Positions 1 to 9,713 of a stretch of DNA of 64,000 nucleotides are shown in pieces; the first letter of the stretch is position 1; the number at the start of each line of letters is the position of its first letter. The stretch comes from Candidatus Saccharimonadota bacterium (GTDB lineage: Bacteria > Patescibacteriota > Saccharimonadia > Saccharimonadales > JAGQMS01): positions 3,210 through 67,209 of the forward strand of contig JAGQMS010000002.1 in the NCBI GenBank assembly GCA_020428535.1, given 5' to 3'. The notes under the pieces were generated by a model, which was not told where the DNA came from, ran no database searches, and saw only the letters and a list, made by a program, of their open reading frames with translations. A program made the position numbers and the translations under genes.

Positions 1-2477
1 GCGTCAAGTTGGAGGTGCCGTGAATGCCACATTGTGTCGATGGCTTGCATAGTCTCGGCTTGGTCAAAGTTGTCGAAGTGAACAATTTGCTTTGATACCG
101 GCAATACAGAAGTCTTTCGCTCACTGCCCTCGCCAAATTCGAGTAAATATTTAACTGGTTCGGTCTTCTTGCCATTGTCCTTATGAGCATGGCTGGTTAG
201 GTAGAGCCCGTGTTTTGCGCGGGTGATGGCTACAAAAAGTAGTCGTCGAAGTTCGTCTTCGTCACTGCCACGGTAGCGGATGTATTGTAGGTTTGCGGGG
301 AGTGTAAGCTTGTTTGAGTAGCCTCGAGCAGATTTGCCCCAAACGTCGTCGTGCACAGAGAGCAAGAAAACATGCTCAAACTCGAGGCCTTTGGCTTTGT
401 AGGTAGTCATTAAGTTCACTGAATCTTCGGCAAGCGCGATTGGATGAGTGTTGATCAGTGGCTGTTCGGCAGCTTCGTAGGTATTAATAAAATGCAAAAA
501 GTCTTGTGGCTTGAGCAGAGTTTCTTGACCGGCCTGCCAGGCTCTAAGATGCTCACGGATAGTAGAAAGATTTGCCAGGCCTTCGTAGTACTGTAGAGTG
601 TTAGTGCTTTCAGCAAAGTAGAAGTTTCTGAATGGACTTTGGTAGGTGTTTTCAGAATCTATTGCCAGCGGGATAGTGCCCGTGAGGTAGTCGAGAATAT
701 ATTCGAGAGGTTCACTCGAGGTTTTCATGCCGAGGGCAAGATAGAACTGTATGTGCGGAGTGAGATCTGAATTTTCAAGAGCTAGTTCTGCCCAAGACAG
801 CTCATTTTGACGGTAATGTTGCCAGTTGATCTGCCAAATAGTTTTTACAGGCAACTGATAGAAGTCAAAAGACAGTACCCGCGGAAATAGCTGGTCCATC
901 AATTGCTGGTCATTATCAGAACATGCGATGACTAGCTCTATCATTGCCCTGAACATTCGAACCAACGGAGTTTCGAGAATATTTTCGCGCTTTTCGTATG
1001 AAACAGGAGTATTATTGTGAGCCAGAAACGGAACCAGATTTTCTAGATATTTGTGCTGAGGTGCTAAAACAGCAATTTCGTGAGGTTTTGTACCATTTTT
1101 TATAAGTTCTTTAATTTTGCTAGCAACCCAAGAGTATTCATTGGCTTCAGCGTCGAATTCGTGTCGCTCGATTGATGCGTCGCTTGGCAGGTCTTTTTTA
1201 CTAGCGACTAGGTTTTTGTCGATGCCTTCCATGTCGTGATGGAGGCGCGACTCTATCTGGCCAGCGATGCCGTGGGCGGTGTGCAAAATATCCGGGTGAG
1301 ATCGGTAGTTCTCGGTAAGGTTGATAACTTTTACGTCTCTGAAAACATGCCTAAACTCAGACATATTGCTGACGCTCGCTCCCTGGAAGGCATAGATTGC
1401 TTGATCATCGTCACCAACAGCAAAAATATTCGGCTGGCCTTCATTGACCGGGTTGTCGCATAGCTTTTTAACTAGCTCAAATTGAGCTGGGTTTGTGTCT
1501 TGGAACTCGTCGAGCAGTATGAATTGATACTTTTCTTGAAGAGTGAAGCGCAGATCGTCGTTTTTGTTCAGTGCATCGATGGTGCGGAGGATCATGTCGT
1601 CAAAATCGTAGAGATGCTTTTCTTCCAAGGCTTGATTATAGCGTTCGAATACTTTGGCGAGCTCTGCCATGCGAAGATGTTGGTCTTCGCTGGTTAGCAC
1701 AAAGTGGTCGTGGTCGTCTTTGGTTAGCCAAGTGTTCTTCCATTCGGTTAGGGGCGATGATTTGCCTGACTCAGACGCTTTTTCAATGGCTTTTTCTAGA
1801 GCTTCTGAGGCGGTTTTGGCCAGGCCGTCATCGCCATCCAGAAAATCAAGAAGAGGTTCAAAAAGTTCAATTGATTGGTCGGCTTTCGATGGAAAACGTT
1901 TTACACCTGCAAGGTGATCGGCAATTTTTGGGCTGAGAGTTTGGACTTGACGGAGGTTGTTTTTAGCTAGCTCTTCAAGGCTTTGGGGGGTGAAAAGACT
2001 TCGTTTTAGGTCGCTGATGGTGCTGGAGATGTCTTTGACGTAGTACTTGGCGCCAATGAGTTGGCTGGAATACGGCAATCTGCTGATGATCTCTGTGATG
2101 ATTTCTAGGCGCTGAAGTTCATCAATTGGTCGTTCAAGACGAGTGTCCTTGCCGGTTTCGAGATCGATTTCTTCAAAATACTGTGGGTATGTGCGGATTA
2201 TGTCACTCCCAAAGCTGTGGTAGGTCGAAATGTGCACATCGTAAGCGTCGTCTTTGATGATCTGCGCCAGACGTTCGCGCATGTTTTGAGCTGCGTTTTC
2301 GGTGAAAGTTAGACAGAGGATATTTTGGGGGCTAGCATCAGTGACGGTTAAAATTTTGGCGATTCGAGAGCTGAGAAGTTGAGTCTTACCCGTGCCGGGG
2401 CCCGCCAAGACTAAAAGCGGGCCGTAGATATAGTCGACTGCCTCTTGTTGCTTGGCGTTGAGTTTAATTTCTCCCAT
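1..2477 (-). CDS. UvrD/PcrA-type superfamily-1 ATP-dependent DNA helicase; the 3' end runs off the window
   Basis: Reading the reverse strand from ATG (cat 2475-2477) gives MGEIKLNAKQQEAVDY..LVLAGPGTGKT (Walker A). It continues with DEFQDTN, VGDDDQAIYAFQGA, NYRS, TYKAKGLEFEHVFL and VAITRAK helicase motifs. The frame stays open to position 1, which is why it is absent from the ORF track. Confidence 0.85.
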   Translation of the reverse strand, partial: MGEIKLNAKQQEAVDYIYGPLLVLAGPGTGKTQLLSSRIAKILTVTDASPQNILCLTFTENAAQNMRERLAQIIKDDAYDVHISTYHSFGSDIIRTYPQYFEEIDLETGKDTRLERPIDELQRLEIITEIISRLPYSSQLIGAKYYVKDISSTISDLKRSLFTPQSLEELAKNNLRQVQTLSPKIADHLAGVKRFPSKADQSIELFEPLLDFLDGDDGLAKTASEALEKAIEKASESGKSSPLTEWKNTWLTKDDHDHFVLTSEDQHLRMAELAKVFERYNQALEEKHLYDFDDMILRTIDALNKNDDLRFTLQEKYQFILLDEFQDTNPAQFELVKKLCDNPVNEGQPNIFAVGDDDQAIYAFQGASVSNMSEFRHVFRDVKVINLTENYRSHPDILHTAHGIAGQIESRLHHDMEGIDKNLVASKKDLPSDASIERHEFDAEANEYSWVASKIKELIKNGTKPHEIAVLAPQHKYLENLVPFLAHNNTPVSYEKRENILETPLVRMFRAMIELVIACSDNDQQLMDQLFPRVLSFDFYQLPVKTIWQINWQHYRQNELSWAELALENSDLTPHIQFYLALGMKTSSEPLEYILDYLTGTIPLAIDSENTYQSPFRNFYFAESTNTLQYYEGLANLSTIREHLRAWQAGQETLLKPQDFLHFINTYEAAEQPLINTHPIALAEDSVNLMTTYKAKGLEFEHVFLLSVHDDVWGKSARGYSNKLTLPANLQYIRYRGSDEDELRRLLFVAITRAKHGLYLTSHAHKDNGKKTEPVKYLLEFGEGSERKTSVLPVSKQIVHFDNFDQAETMQAIDTMWHSRHLQLD

Positions 2478-2498
2478 GTTATGTCTATAATACCCGCT

Positions 2499-2789
2499 AT
2501 GAGCGATCCCGAAAAGACTCCAGAGATTAAAGGTATTGGGCCAGAACGAACTGGCAATGGTACTTTTGATGACGGTTGGAGGCCGGGCGATGAAGATCCA
2601 AACCAAGAAATTGTACGAGGAGAATCCGACCCAAAAAAACCAGGAATAGTTTTGCCACGTGAGCTAGTGGATGTAGGTGGGATGATTTTAAACCGTGAAG
2701 TAGCTGAAGCTATGGGACTGGTGCAGGGTTTACCTCCAGATGCATATACCCATGCTAGTAGGCTTGGAGTGAAACCAAAATCAGACTAA
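2499..2789 (+). CDS. hypothetical small protein
   Basis: Internal ATG of ORF 2445..2789. TATAAT at 2486-2491 lies 7 nt before this ATG, and the upstream part of the ORF overlaps the helicase start. No recognisable domain. Confidence 0.4.
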   Translation: MSDPEKTPEIKGIGPERTGNGTFDDGWRPGDEDPNQEIVRGESDPKKPGIVLPRELVDVGGMILNREVAEAMGLVQGLPPDAYTHASRLGVKPKSD

Positions 2790-2843
2790 CCGTGTACCCC
2801 ACTTTGCACTTGGATACTAGGAAGGAGGGTATACTAACAAACA

Positions 2844-3362
2844 ATGAGTTTAGAAGAATTGTATGATAGCCAGTTTGACAAGGTATACAAATTTTTCTAC
2901 ATTCAATGTCTCAATCGGCATGTCGCAGAAGATCTGACATCTTCGACATTTACGATCTTGGTTGATAAATATTATGCCTTGCACATTGATGACCCGAAAA
3001 AGTATCTTTACGGAATCATGCGCAAAGTCTGGCTAGAATATTTGCGAGAAAAATATCAAAACCAGGCAGATTCTATCGAGCAAATTGAAGATTTTGAAAG
3101 TTTTGCTACCGAGACTGTTGAAGAATATGACAAAGCCAGTGTTGCTGAAAGATTAAGAAAATATGTAGAAAAATTGCCTGAAGCCCAACGAAAAGTCGTT
3201 GTATTAAGGCACTACCACGACAAAGCGCCGAGGCAAGTAGCCGAAGAGTTAGAAAAAGATATGAATTACGTCAAGGTGACATACCGGAGGGCGATAAAAA
3301 CACTTCGCGAGATCATCAAAGACCCGAATTTTAATAGTGCAGAGGAAGGAGCGGAAATATGA
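2844..3362 (+). CDS. ECF-type sigma-70 family RNA polymerase sigma factor
   Basis: 172 aa. The C-terminal region-4 HTH pattern is QRKVVVLRHYHDKAPRQVAEELEKDMNYVKVTYRRAIKTLRE. The stop overlaps the next start (ATGA). Confidence 0.75.
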   Translation: MSLEELYDSQFDKVYKFFYIQCLNRHVAEDLTSSTFTILVDKYYALHIDDPKKYLYGIMRKVWLEYLREKYQNQADSIEQIEDFESFATETVEEYDKASVAERLRKYVEKLPEAQRKVVVLRHYHDKAPRQVAEELEKDMNYVKVTYRRAIKTLREIIKDPNFNSAEEGAEI

Positions 3363-4186
3363 AAAAAATGCCAAAAAGCCTATATTCAGCAGTCAGCGAC
3401 AAAAACTCCGCTGCGAGAAAAAGTTTTAAAAGGAATTTAAGAAATAATCTATTCAGAGAAGGAAAAACAGTGAAGAAATCGTTATTTAGTGAGATATCCA
3501 GGCCGATGTATTATGTTCCGGCCACTTTGGGAGTGCTTTTAATTGCCGGCACTACCCTGTTTGCCTACAAGACTACAAACGCAAGCAAATCAAATGAAAA
3601 AGCACTGCTTGCCAACGTTGCATTACCGTCTGATTTGTCTGCAGTAAAACCGATTGATGAGATAAGAACATTGGCATCTACAGGCCTTGCAGATGGTGTG
3701 ACGGTAGTTGGTGTTGAGCTAGACAACGAAGATGGAACTTTGCTTTATAAAGTTAAGTTTAGTGATGGAACAGTGAAGTTCTATGATGCTAATAGCGGCG
3801 AATTGGTCACCAAGCCTGTCGAAAATGAGACTTCTGAAATACCATCAAACTTTACAGCTACAATTTCAGTTGATCAGGCGAGAACTATTGCCCAAGATCA
3901 AGAACCTGGAAAAACAATTGTGAAGATTGAGTTTGAGATGGAAGACGGCAAAGCCGTATATATGGTGATATTTAGCGATAAGACTAGACTTCTAATATCT
4001 GCAGACGACGGTTCGATTATTCAGCAAAAAACAGAAACGCACCAGGAAACTGAAGACCAAAACGAAAGCCATGACGATGGTGATCACGAATCAGACTCAA
4101 GTAATTCAGGAAGTAGCAAAACTTCAAACGATGATTCTCATGATGAATCGCATAGCGGTAGTGGCTCTTCTGGTTCGGGCAGATAG
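3359..4186 (+). CDS. membrane-anchored PepSY-repeat protein, putative anti-sigma factor
   Basis: Translationally coupled to the sigma factor. It has one TM helix (YYVPATLGVLLIAGTTLFAY) and two PepSY-like repeats (DGTLLYKVKFSDGTVKFYDANSGELV and DGKAVYMVIFSDKTRLLISADDGSII). The tail is rich in His, Asp and Ser. Confidence 0.55.
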   Translation: MKKMPKSLYSAVSDKNSAARKSFKRNLRNNLFREGKTVKKSLFSEISRPMYYVPATLGVLLIAGTTLFAYKTTNASKSNEKALLANVALPSDLSAVKPIDEIRTLASTGLADGVTVVGVELDNEDGTLLYKVKFSDGTVKFYDANSGELVTKPVENETSEIPSNFTATISVDQARTIAQDQEPGKTIVKIEFEMEDGKAVYMVIFSDKTRLLISADDGSIIQQKTETHQETEDQNESHDDGDHESDSSNSGSSKTSNDDSHDESHSGSGSSGSGR

Positions 4187-4187
4187 A

Positions 4188-4439
4188 TTATTTAGTTAAT
4201 CTATATTTAGTACCTTCACGGTTGCGTATGAGGTAGCCTCTGTCGATTAGTTCTCTTCGAAGACCTGACCAGTCTTGGAAGGAATGCCATTGCTTTAAAA
4301 GTTCGTTAACTTCTAGCTCGTGATAAACCTTGTTTGGTTCAAATTTTGAAGCAAGGTATTCTAAGATCTCTCGGCGCTGCTGACGGTTCTTGGGCCAGCG
4401 AGTGACGATACCTTCTTTAGTGATAAGTGGTGTGTTCAT
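4188..4439 (-). CDS. DUF2087-like small protein
   Basis: Inner ATG at 4439 is preceded by AGGAG. The C-terminal pattern FQDWSGLRRELIDRGYLIRNREGTKYRL is typical of DUF2087. Confidence 0.5.
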   Translation of the reverse strand: MNTPLITKEGIVTRWPKNRQQRREILEYLASKFEPNKVYHELEVNELLKQWHSFQDWSGLRRELIDRGYLIRNREGTKYRLTK

Positions 4440-4536
4440 GGATACTCCTATTATATGGTAGAGGCCCAGCACTTGAAATCAGGTGCTGGGCCAGCGGTGA
4501 TTGAAGGCTCAACCGCTTAAAGCCTGTATGGATATG

Positions 4537-5217
4537 TCAGGGACGCTCGACATGCTGCCGAGCCCACTCAAGGGCTTCAATGGTCTTCTTGCGACCTTCG
4601 AGCCACTTCTTCGTGGGTTTCTCGTTGCGCCACCAGTAGCTCCAGACGTACTTGTCCGGGTTGATGCACTGGAGGTTGTAGTCGAACCTGGGCTCTCCCT
4701 TGTAGAGGTGGCCCATGCGGTCCATGTGATGGACAACATAGCCGACTGACTCAACAGCTCGCCTGCTGGCCTCGTTCTCGAAAATCACGCCTGAGCGGAT
4801 CACGACGAGCCCGAGGTCATCGAAAGCATACATCGTCCGTGCACGGTGACAAGCTCCGGCGATCCCCTTCCCCCAGAATTCGGGGCGGAAGATCATGAAG
4901 CCAGAAGTCGCCGACTTGCACGGGCTATACATGTCGCCGTTGATGTCATGCAGGCCAGTGTTGCCGATCAGCGTCCGGGTTTCTCCGTCGACGACGTAAA
5001 TACCCCATATGATGTCGTCCTTGTCGGCTCTTGCCTTGTCGAACCACTCGTACTCGTCTTCGAGCACCGGGGCATTGAATCGCCCCAAGAACTTGTTGAC
5101 GTTGTGAGTTTGCAGGCCGCCGTTCTTCACGAACTCCGGCATGTCTTCTCTGTTGAGTGGTGCGAGCTCAATCATGAGCCCCGACTTGGTTCTGAATCGC
5201 ATGATCGTGCCGAACAT
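4537..5217 (-). CDS. GNAT-family N-acetyltransferase (RimJ/RimL-like) in a GC-rich island
   Basis: The GNAT core is RPEFWGKGIAGACHRARTMYAFDDLGLVVIRSGVIFENEASRRAVESVGY. Start MFGTIMRF at 5217 is preceded by GGAAGGAGGG. The segment is visibly much more GC-rich than its flanks. Confidence 0.7.
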   Translation of the reverse strand: MFGTIMRFRTKSGLMIELAPLNREDMPEFVKNGGLQTHNVNKFLGRFNAPVLEDEYEWFDKARADKDDIIWGIYVVDGETRTLIGNTGLHDINGDMYSPCKSATSGFMIFRPEFWGKGIAGACHRARTMYAFDDLGLVVIRSGVIFENEASRRAVESVGYVVHHMDRMGHLYKGEPRFDYNLQCINPDKYVWSYWWRNEKPTKKWLEGRKKTIEALEWARQHVERP

Positions 5218-5538
5218 CGATCCCTCCTTCCATATTGTTAATTCTCGATAGCGATTCGCCATCGGTGCGCTTCGGATGTTCCGAAGCAAGATCAGCTCCC
5301 GAAAAGTGTTATTTTGAAGGTTCTAAGTTCTGGAAAATATAGAAGCTCCCTTTTAGGGAGCTTATCTTGGTTCAAAAATGTGTTTTTATTAGAAACGAGA
5401 TAAGCTCTGGAATTTTTCGACATCAACAATTCCGCCAAACATGGTGGCTGAAGTTGAAAGCTTATATTTTCCAGAACTAAATTGGTTCATGTGCTATACT
5501 TTAGCACAAAATATAATTAAGTCAATAGCAAAAGCATT

Positions 5539-6147
5539 ATGATGTCTCAACAGTCAGCTATAAAGGCTTTAAAATGCCATGCAGAAAACAATCTAAAGTA
5601 TGATGTACCTTCTGAAAGTACGGTTAGGGCTATTTTATCTAGGCCCTTTGGAAGCGTTAGACAGATCGAAGATATAGTTGAAGCTGATCAAGCAATATAT
5701 TGTTCTGCTACTGACGGTCCTAAAACTAGGCGACGAGTGCTACTTGATGTTGTGATAAATCACCCTGAGATCGTATTTGATTTTGAGGGATCATGTTTCA
5801 CAGTTATAGAAGACGAAGCTCTTGGCGAAGAACTCGGTGGTATTGATTCGATGGTAGCTTTGGCTGTGCTTAAAGGCGGGGCAAAAGCTTGGCTAACGAT
5901 TGTAAATTACTACATGTATTCTGGGGATAATGATGCACCTGTAATTGCTACTTACGCCGGCAAAAAGATCCTTGGACCAGCAATGATGATTGCTGCTCGG
6001 CCTGCTAATAAATTCAGACCAGAAAATTCAGGATCAAAGTTTTTTCCTGATGCTCCTGCAAATAAATTAGTATGGACTGACTTCCGCAAGGGGAAGCAAA
6101 GACTTTTAGAAGTTGCTGGGGTTGATGCCGATGAATTGCAAGGGTAG
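5539..6147 (+). CDS. hypothetical protein
   Basis: 202-aa ORF with ordinary composition and no recognisable motif. Confidence 0.5.
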   Translation: MMSQQSAIKALKCHAENNLKYDVPSESTVRAILSRPFGSVRQIEDIVEADQAIYCSATDGPKTRRRVLLDVVINHPEIVFDFEGSCFTVIEDEALGEELGGIDSMVALAVLKGGAKAWLTIVNYYMYSGDNDAPVIATYAGKKILGPAMMIAARPANKFRPENSGSKFFPDAPANKLVWTDFRKGKQRLLEVAGVDADELQG

Positions 6148-6253
6148 TGAAGCCGACTTTACTAGATTTCCGAAACAGCGAACCTTATCATGATTATGAC
6201 CCGGGTAATACACCATTAATAAGATTTACGCATTGTAGATCGGAGATTTTAAT

Positions 6254-6967
6254 ATGGCACACGAAGTAAAAATTCACGAAGCACAGGTAGCGATATTGCG
6301 CGAACTACTATTTCATCCTGAAGCTGGTTTTGCTCAAATGCAAAAACCTACGGGTTTGAGCAGTGATCATTTCAACTTTCACATCACAAGACTTTTAGAT
6401 CTTGATTTTGTCGAAAAGGTTAAGAAAGGATCATACAAACTCAGTCAAAAAGGTAAAGAATACGCCAATAAACTTGATACAGATGCTAATACAATCGAAC
6501 GACAACCAAAAGTTGCTGTAATACTTGCCATAGATAAGGGCGATGGACGTTGGCTCTTTCAAGAACGACTGAAGAACCCGTATTTTGGATTTTGGGGATT
6601 TCCCTCTGGCAAAATACGTTGGGGTGAAACAATCAAAGAAACAGCAGCACGAGAATTAGACGAAGAAACAGGGCTTAGCGCAGATTTTCGAATAGCTGGG
6701 CTCTACCACGAAATAGTTAGAAGCAAGGAAACGGACGAAATCCTTGAGGACAAGCAGTTTTTTATGGTGCACTGCACTAACCCAACAGGTAACTTAAAAA
6801 TTGATTTCGAAGGTGGGCATAATGAATGGAGAATGCCAGAGGATGTTTTCGAAAGAGAAAAGCATTTTGATAGTGTCGAAATCGAAATAGACATAGCATA
6901 CGGAAAGTACAAGGACGAAGCAATATTCTTCGAAAGAACCACTTCCTACACGAAAGATCAGTTTTAG
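6254..6967 (+). CDS. winged-helix (HTH) plus NUDIX hydrolase fusion protein
   Basis: Nudix box GKIRWGETIKETAARELDEETGL. The N-terminal ~70 aa look like a winged-helix domain. GGAG sits 8 nt before the ATG. Confidence 0.75.
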   Translation: MAHEVKIHEAQVAILRELLFHPEAGFAQMQKPTGLSSDHFNFHITRLLDLDFVEKVKKGSYKLSQKGKEYANKLDTDANTIERQPKVAVILAIDKGDGRWLFQERLKNPYFGFWGFPSGKIRWGETIKETAARELDEETGLSADFRIAGLYHEIVRSKETDEILEDKQFFMVHCTNPTGNLKIDFEGGHNEWRMPEDVFEREKHFDSVEIEIDIAYGKYKDEAIFFERTTSYTKDQF

Positions 6968-7000
6968 TTAGGACGTATTAGCCTGGTATAGTAACAGATA

Positions 7001-8044
7001 ATGCTAATAATATATCTTGTTGTTTCGGTAATTTGTTTTTATATTTTATCTATAATTACTGAGGGTTTCTTTGTACCCTCGATCGACAAAATTGCTAAAA
7101 AACTTAGGCTGAGTAGCGATGCGGCAGGTGCAACTCTGCTTGCGATGGGCTCAAGTGCGCCAGAATTTTTCACATCAGTTATTGCGGTATTTGGTATCGC
7201 CGGTTCGGGCACAGCAGATGTTGGTTCGGGCACGATTGTCGGATCAGCGATTTTCAACGTTTTGGTGATTGTCGGTGCTGCTGCAATGTTCAAATCTGTA
7301 ACTTTGCAATGGAAGCCCGTCATTCGAGACCAGATATTTTATGTTTTGACTATCTTGATGTTACTTTGGGCTTTCTGGGATGGCAAAATAATTCTTATCG
7401 AAGCCCTGAGTTTTGTATTGATGTACTCAGTTTATGTATTATTGGCTGCAAATTGGCGAAAATGGTTTAAGTACAAAGATGTCGAAGTAGTTGATAGCAC
7501 CGAGGATAAAAAAGGCTTCAATGCTAGTTTTACAAACTTTGTCGGCTATTTAATACCTTCAGTCAAGAAGAAGCCAAAGTATTACATGGTGACTTTCCTA
7601 CTCTCAGTAGCGCTGATTGGTGTTATCAGTTGGGTTTTGGTCGAGCAGATAATCGGGGCATCGGATATCTTGAAAATTAACCCGATATTCCTCTCACTGA
7701 CTGTGTTGGCTGCCGGAACTTCTGTGCCGGACCTCATCGGTTCAATAGTTGTTGCAAAGCAAGGTCGAGGAGATATGGCTGTGTCGAACGCCATTGGCTC
7801 AAATATATTTGATGTACTTTTTGGGCTCGGATTGCCCTGGTCTTTGAAGCTATTAATTTCGGGTGGTTCAATTGCCGTTGGAAAATCGAACTTAATTGCC
7901 AGTGTGATCTTATTGTTTGCAACCGTGATTGCAATTTTATTTATGTTGATAATTCGAAACTGGAAAATTGGGCATAAAAGCGGTTTATTTTTGATAGTTA
8001 TGTATGTCGGCTACTGTATCTACATAGTATTAAAATCTAGTTGA
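7001..8044 (+). CDS. Ca2+/cation antiporter (CaCA family, YrbG-like)
   Basis: Polytopic membrane protein with two alpha-repeats: GSSAPEFFTSV and GTSVPDLIGSIVVAKQGRGDMAVSNAIGSNIFD. Confidence 0.8.
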   Translation: MLIIYLVVSVICFYILSIITEGFFVPSIDKIAKKLRLSSDAAGATLLAMGSSAPEFFTSVIAVFGIAGSGTADVGSGTIVGSAIFNVLVIVGAAAMFKSVTLQWKPVIRDQIFYVLTILMLLWAFWDGKIILIEALSFVLMYSVYVLLAANWRKWFKYKDVEVVDSTEDKKGFNASFTNFVGYLIPSVKKKPKYYMVTFLLSVALIGVISWVLVEQIIGASDILKINPIFLSLTVLAAGTSVPDLIGSIVVAKQGRGDMAVSNAIGSNIFDVLFGLGLPWSLKLLISGGSIAVGKSNLIASVILLFATVIAILFMLIIRNWKIGHKSGLFLIVMYVGYCIYIVLKSS

Positions 8045-8071
8045 CGGTATAACTGATGGTAAACTGGTTCA

Positions 8072-9052
8072 ATGGATGAATTATATAATTTTGAGCTGCC
8101 TGAAGATCTGATCGCACAAAGCCCAGCGAACCCTCGTGATCATGCTAAATTGTTAATCTACACCCGTAAAACAGGTGTGATCGTGGATGATTATTTCTAT
8201 AATCTTGCAAATTATTTGCCAAGTAATACTACGTTAGTGGCTAACAACACTAAAGTAGATCATTGTAGGTATCTTTTCGATGGTGGTAAAACGGAAATTT
8301 TTGTAATTGATGCGGTAAACGATAGAACAGTAAAAGCGCTAGTTAGGCCAGGTAGAAAGTTCAAAGTTGGAAAGACCCTGGAATTAGCTGAAGGGCTAAA
8401 CGCAAATATTCTCGATGTAGATGAAAACGGTGTAAGGACAATCCAGTTTAACAAACCAAGAAGTTGCGATGATCTGATAGTTGCAAGTCATGTTCCCCTG
8501 CCCCCGTATATTCAGCAAAATGATTTGTTGGCAGAAGAATACCAGACAATCTATGCTAAATTGCCGGGTTCGCTAGCGGCACCAACTGCTGGTTTGCATT
8601 TTACCCCAGAGCTAAAGGATGGAATATCCGAAAAGTTTCAATGGCAAGAAATTACACTATCGGTTGGCTTGGGAACTTTTGCCCCATTGAAAGAAGAAAA
8701 TTTCGTGACTAATAAATTACATTCAGAAAGCTATCATATTAGTGAGAGCGTTTGGCAAAATATTGCGAATGCAAAACATGTCACAGCTGTTGGTACTACC
8801 ACACTTCGAACAATTGAATCTGTCGCTATTAGCGGAAAATTGAAAGGCGATACTGAAATATTCATTACCCCAGGCTACAATTTTGTACGTGTTGACTCTT
8901 TAATCACGAATTTTCACTTACCAAAAACCTCTCTTTTGTTATTGGTTGAAGCTTTTTTGGGCTCAAGAAAAGACATAGAAAAAATCTATACCCATGCTAT
9001 CAGCGAAAGGTATAGATTTTATTCTTTTGGTGATGGAATGTTGATTTTGTAG
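8072..9052 (+). CDS. queA: S-adenosylmethionine:tRNA ribosyltransferase-isomerase
   Basis: FELPEDLIAQSPANPRDHAKLL, TAGLHFT, VGTTTLRTIES and FHLPKTSLLLLVEAF match QueA hallmarks. Length is 326 aa. Confidence 0.85.
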   Translation: MDELYNFELPEDLIAQSPANPRDHAKLLIYTRKTGVIVDDYFYNLANYLPSNTTLVANNTKVDHCRYLFDGGKTEIFVIDAVNDRTVKALVRPGRKFKVGKTLELAEGLNANILDVDENGVRTIQFNKPRSCDDLIVASHVPLPPYIQQNDLLAEEYQTIYAKLPGSLAAPTAGLHFTPELKDGISEKFQWQEITLSVGLGTFAPLKEENFVTNKLHSESYHISESVWQNIANAKHVTAVGTTTLRTIESVAISGKLKGDTEIFITPGYNFVRVDSLITNFHLPKTSLLLLVEAFLGSRKDIEKIYTHAISERYRFYSFGDGMLIL

Positions 9053-9703
9053 TTACTCTTCGCTGATTACGTAGCTCACACCTGTTGGGTCGCCATTGCT
9101 TCCTTCTGAGACAGTGATGAACACGCTGTATTTTGAGTTTTTTCCTGAGTAATATTTCACAGTTGAAGCACCGTATGTTGTTACATCTGTGTAATCAGGC
9201 TCCTTTACTTTGCCTTCAAAATAAGATGAAGCTTCGGCGAATGACTCATTTACCGTAGTTGTCACTGACCACGATTTCTTACCATCTGAAGTTGAAGTAA
9301 GTTGAAAAGTCACCTCTTTTTCAGGCAAGTACGGCACATCAGATTTTGGAAAGTCGCTGGGTAAGTTTTGATTCGAGCCGTACGAAAGACTACTACCGTT
9401 GTCACCTTTTATGTTGACAGAGCCTTTTGAACTGTCGACATCAACATCACTCCCGGTTGCTTTGCTAACAATATCTGAAACAGTGTTGTCGATAGCTTTC
9501 TGACTGCCAAATTTGTTTTTTAGCAGAAATCCACCGACTGTCAGTGCCGTTAAAGGCAAGACTACAAACACCACTACAACCGCAACGATTACGATTACAA
9601 GTGTTTTATTGGATTTTTTTGCAGGCGCAGGAGCTGCGCTCGGTGTAGGTGCTTTTGGCGTATCGGCAGTTTTGTTTTGCTCTGTATTGGTATCCTCTGC
9701 CAT
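9053..9703 (-). CDS. membrane-anchored extracytoplasmic protein, unknown function
   Basis: Inner ATG at 9703 is preceded by AGGAG. It has an Ala/Pro-rich N-terminus, one TM helix (LVIVIVAVVVVFVVLPL) and a soluble domain. Confidence 0.5.
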   Translation of the reverse strand: MAEDTNTEQNKTADTPKAPTPSAAPAPAKKSNKTLVIVIVAVVVVFVVLPLTALTVGGFLLKNKFGSQKAIDNTVSDIVSKATGSDVDVDSSKGSVNIKGDNGSSLSYGSNQNLPSDFPKSDVPYLPEKEVTFQLTSTSDGKKSWSVTTTVNESFAEASSYFEGKVKEPDYTDVTTYGASTVKYYSGKNSKYSVFITVSEGSNGDPTGVSYVISEE

Positions 9704-9713
9704 AATATTTCTC

